Source: a virus. Taken from it: a stretch of DNA of 64,000 bases. The stretch covers positions 36,046-100,045 of the IMG/VR virus record IMGVR_UViG_3300037483_001148. The stretch is one strand, 5' to 3'. The notes beneath the pieces were generated by a model. It ran no database searches. It was not told where the DNA came from and saw only the letters and a list, made by a program, of their open reading frames with translations. The position numbers and the translations under genes were made by a program. Numbering within the stretch: position 1 is the stretch's first letter; every line of letters begins with the position of its first letter. Positions 63,579 to 64,000 of the stretch are shown here, piece after piece.

Positions 63579-64000
63579 TTACATCACCGACCAAAAGCTA
63601 GAAGCATCCTTTTTACCCGTTTCAAACAAAGAACCATTAGTTCCTGCTTCCAGGGTACGAGTCTGCTCCGGTACAGTTTCACTTTTGACTTTGACTTGAC
63701 CGGGAATAGTTTTGAGCAAATGAGCTAATCCAGAACGGAAATAATTGGCGATTGCAGCCGGATTGGTCATATCTTCCAGTTTAATGGTTTCGTTTTCAAG
63801 TGGGTTTCCCAACATCAAATCATGAACCAAGTTCAATAAAACTGCCGAATGACCCATACCGTTACTATCGGTGTAGGTACGTGCTTCGGCAATGACAGCT
63901 TTCACCCGGTCTTCTGCCCCTTGCTTCTCAAGGGCCAGGATACGCTGGTTAGCTGCTTCAAGCTTCAACTGAAGTTCAGTAGAAGCTTGAAGCAGCTAAC
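63579..64000 (-). CDS. scaffold / prohead protease C-terminal part (truncated by window edge)
   Basis: Coiled-coil ORF upstream of decoration gene; frame runs off the window. Confidence 0.6.

Overview
Part of a tailed dsDNA bacteriophage genome (siphovirus-like, standard genetic code) with two convergent arms meeting at a hairpin near 42.0 kb. The + strand arm (1-41944) carries dense small early/accessory genes, an RNA- and protein-modification locus at about 9-16.6 kb, a tRNA/ncRNA island at about 18.9-20.9 kb, and a replication/recombination module (family A polymerase, 5'-3' exonuclease, SbcCD, amino-MTase, DnaB-like helicase, beta-clamp-like protein, RecT-like annealase, DUF932-like protein). 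The - strand arm (42081-64000) is morphogenesis: scaffold fragment, decoration protein, major capsid, neck, tail tube, chaperones with a -1 frameshift, tape measure, distal tail and tail fibre. The standout is 11.2-16.6 kb. A divergent Ro60/TROVE-like vWA gene is preceded by a promoter-to-terminator RNA cassette containing four copies of a Y-RNA-like stem (CGUUC-RAC...CACA-GAACG). One copy is free and three are grafted onto tRNA bodies in different topologies: via the variable loop of a circularly permuted tRNA, inserted into a D-loop, and enclosing an intact CCA-ending tRNA. Around it lie a putative ubiquitin-like protein (ending RFG and fused to a C2H2 zinc finger), a ThiF/E1 enzyme, an E2-like GICL protein and two candidate processing peptidases. 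All protein assignments are by-eye motif recognition, not database searches, and RNA structures were paired by hand.
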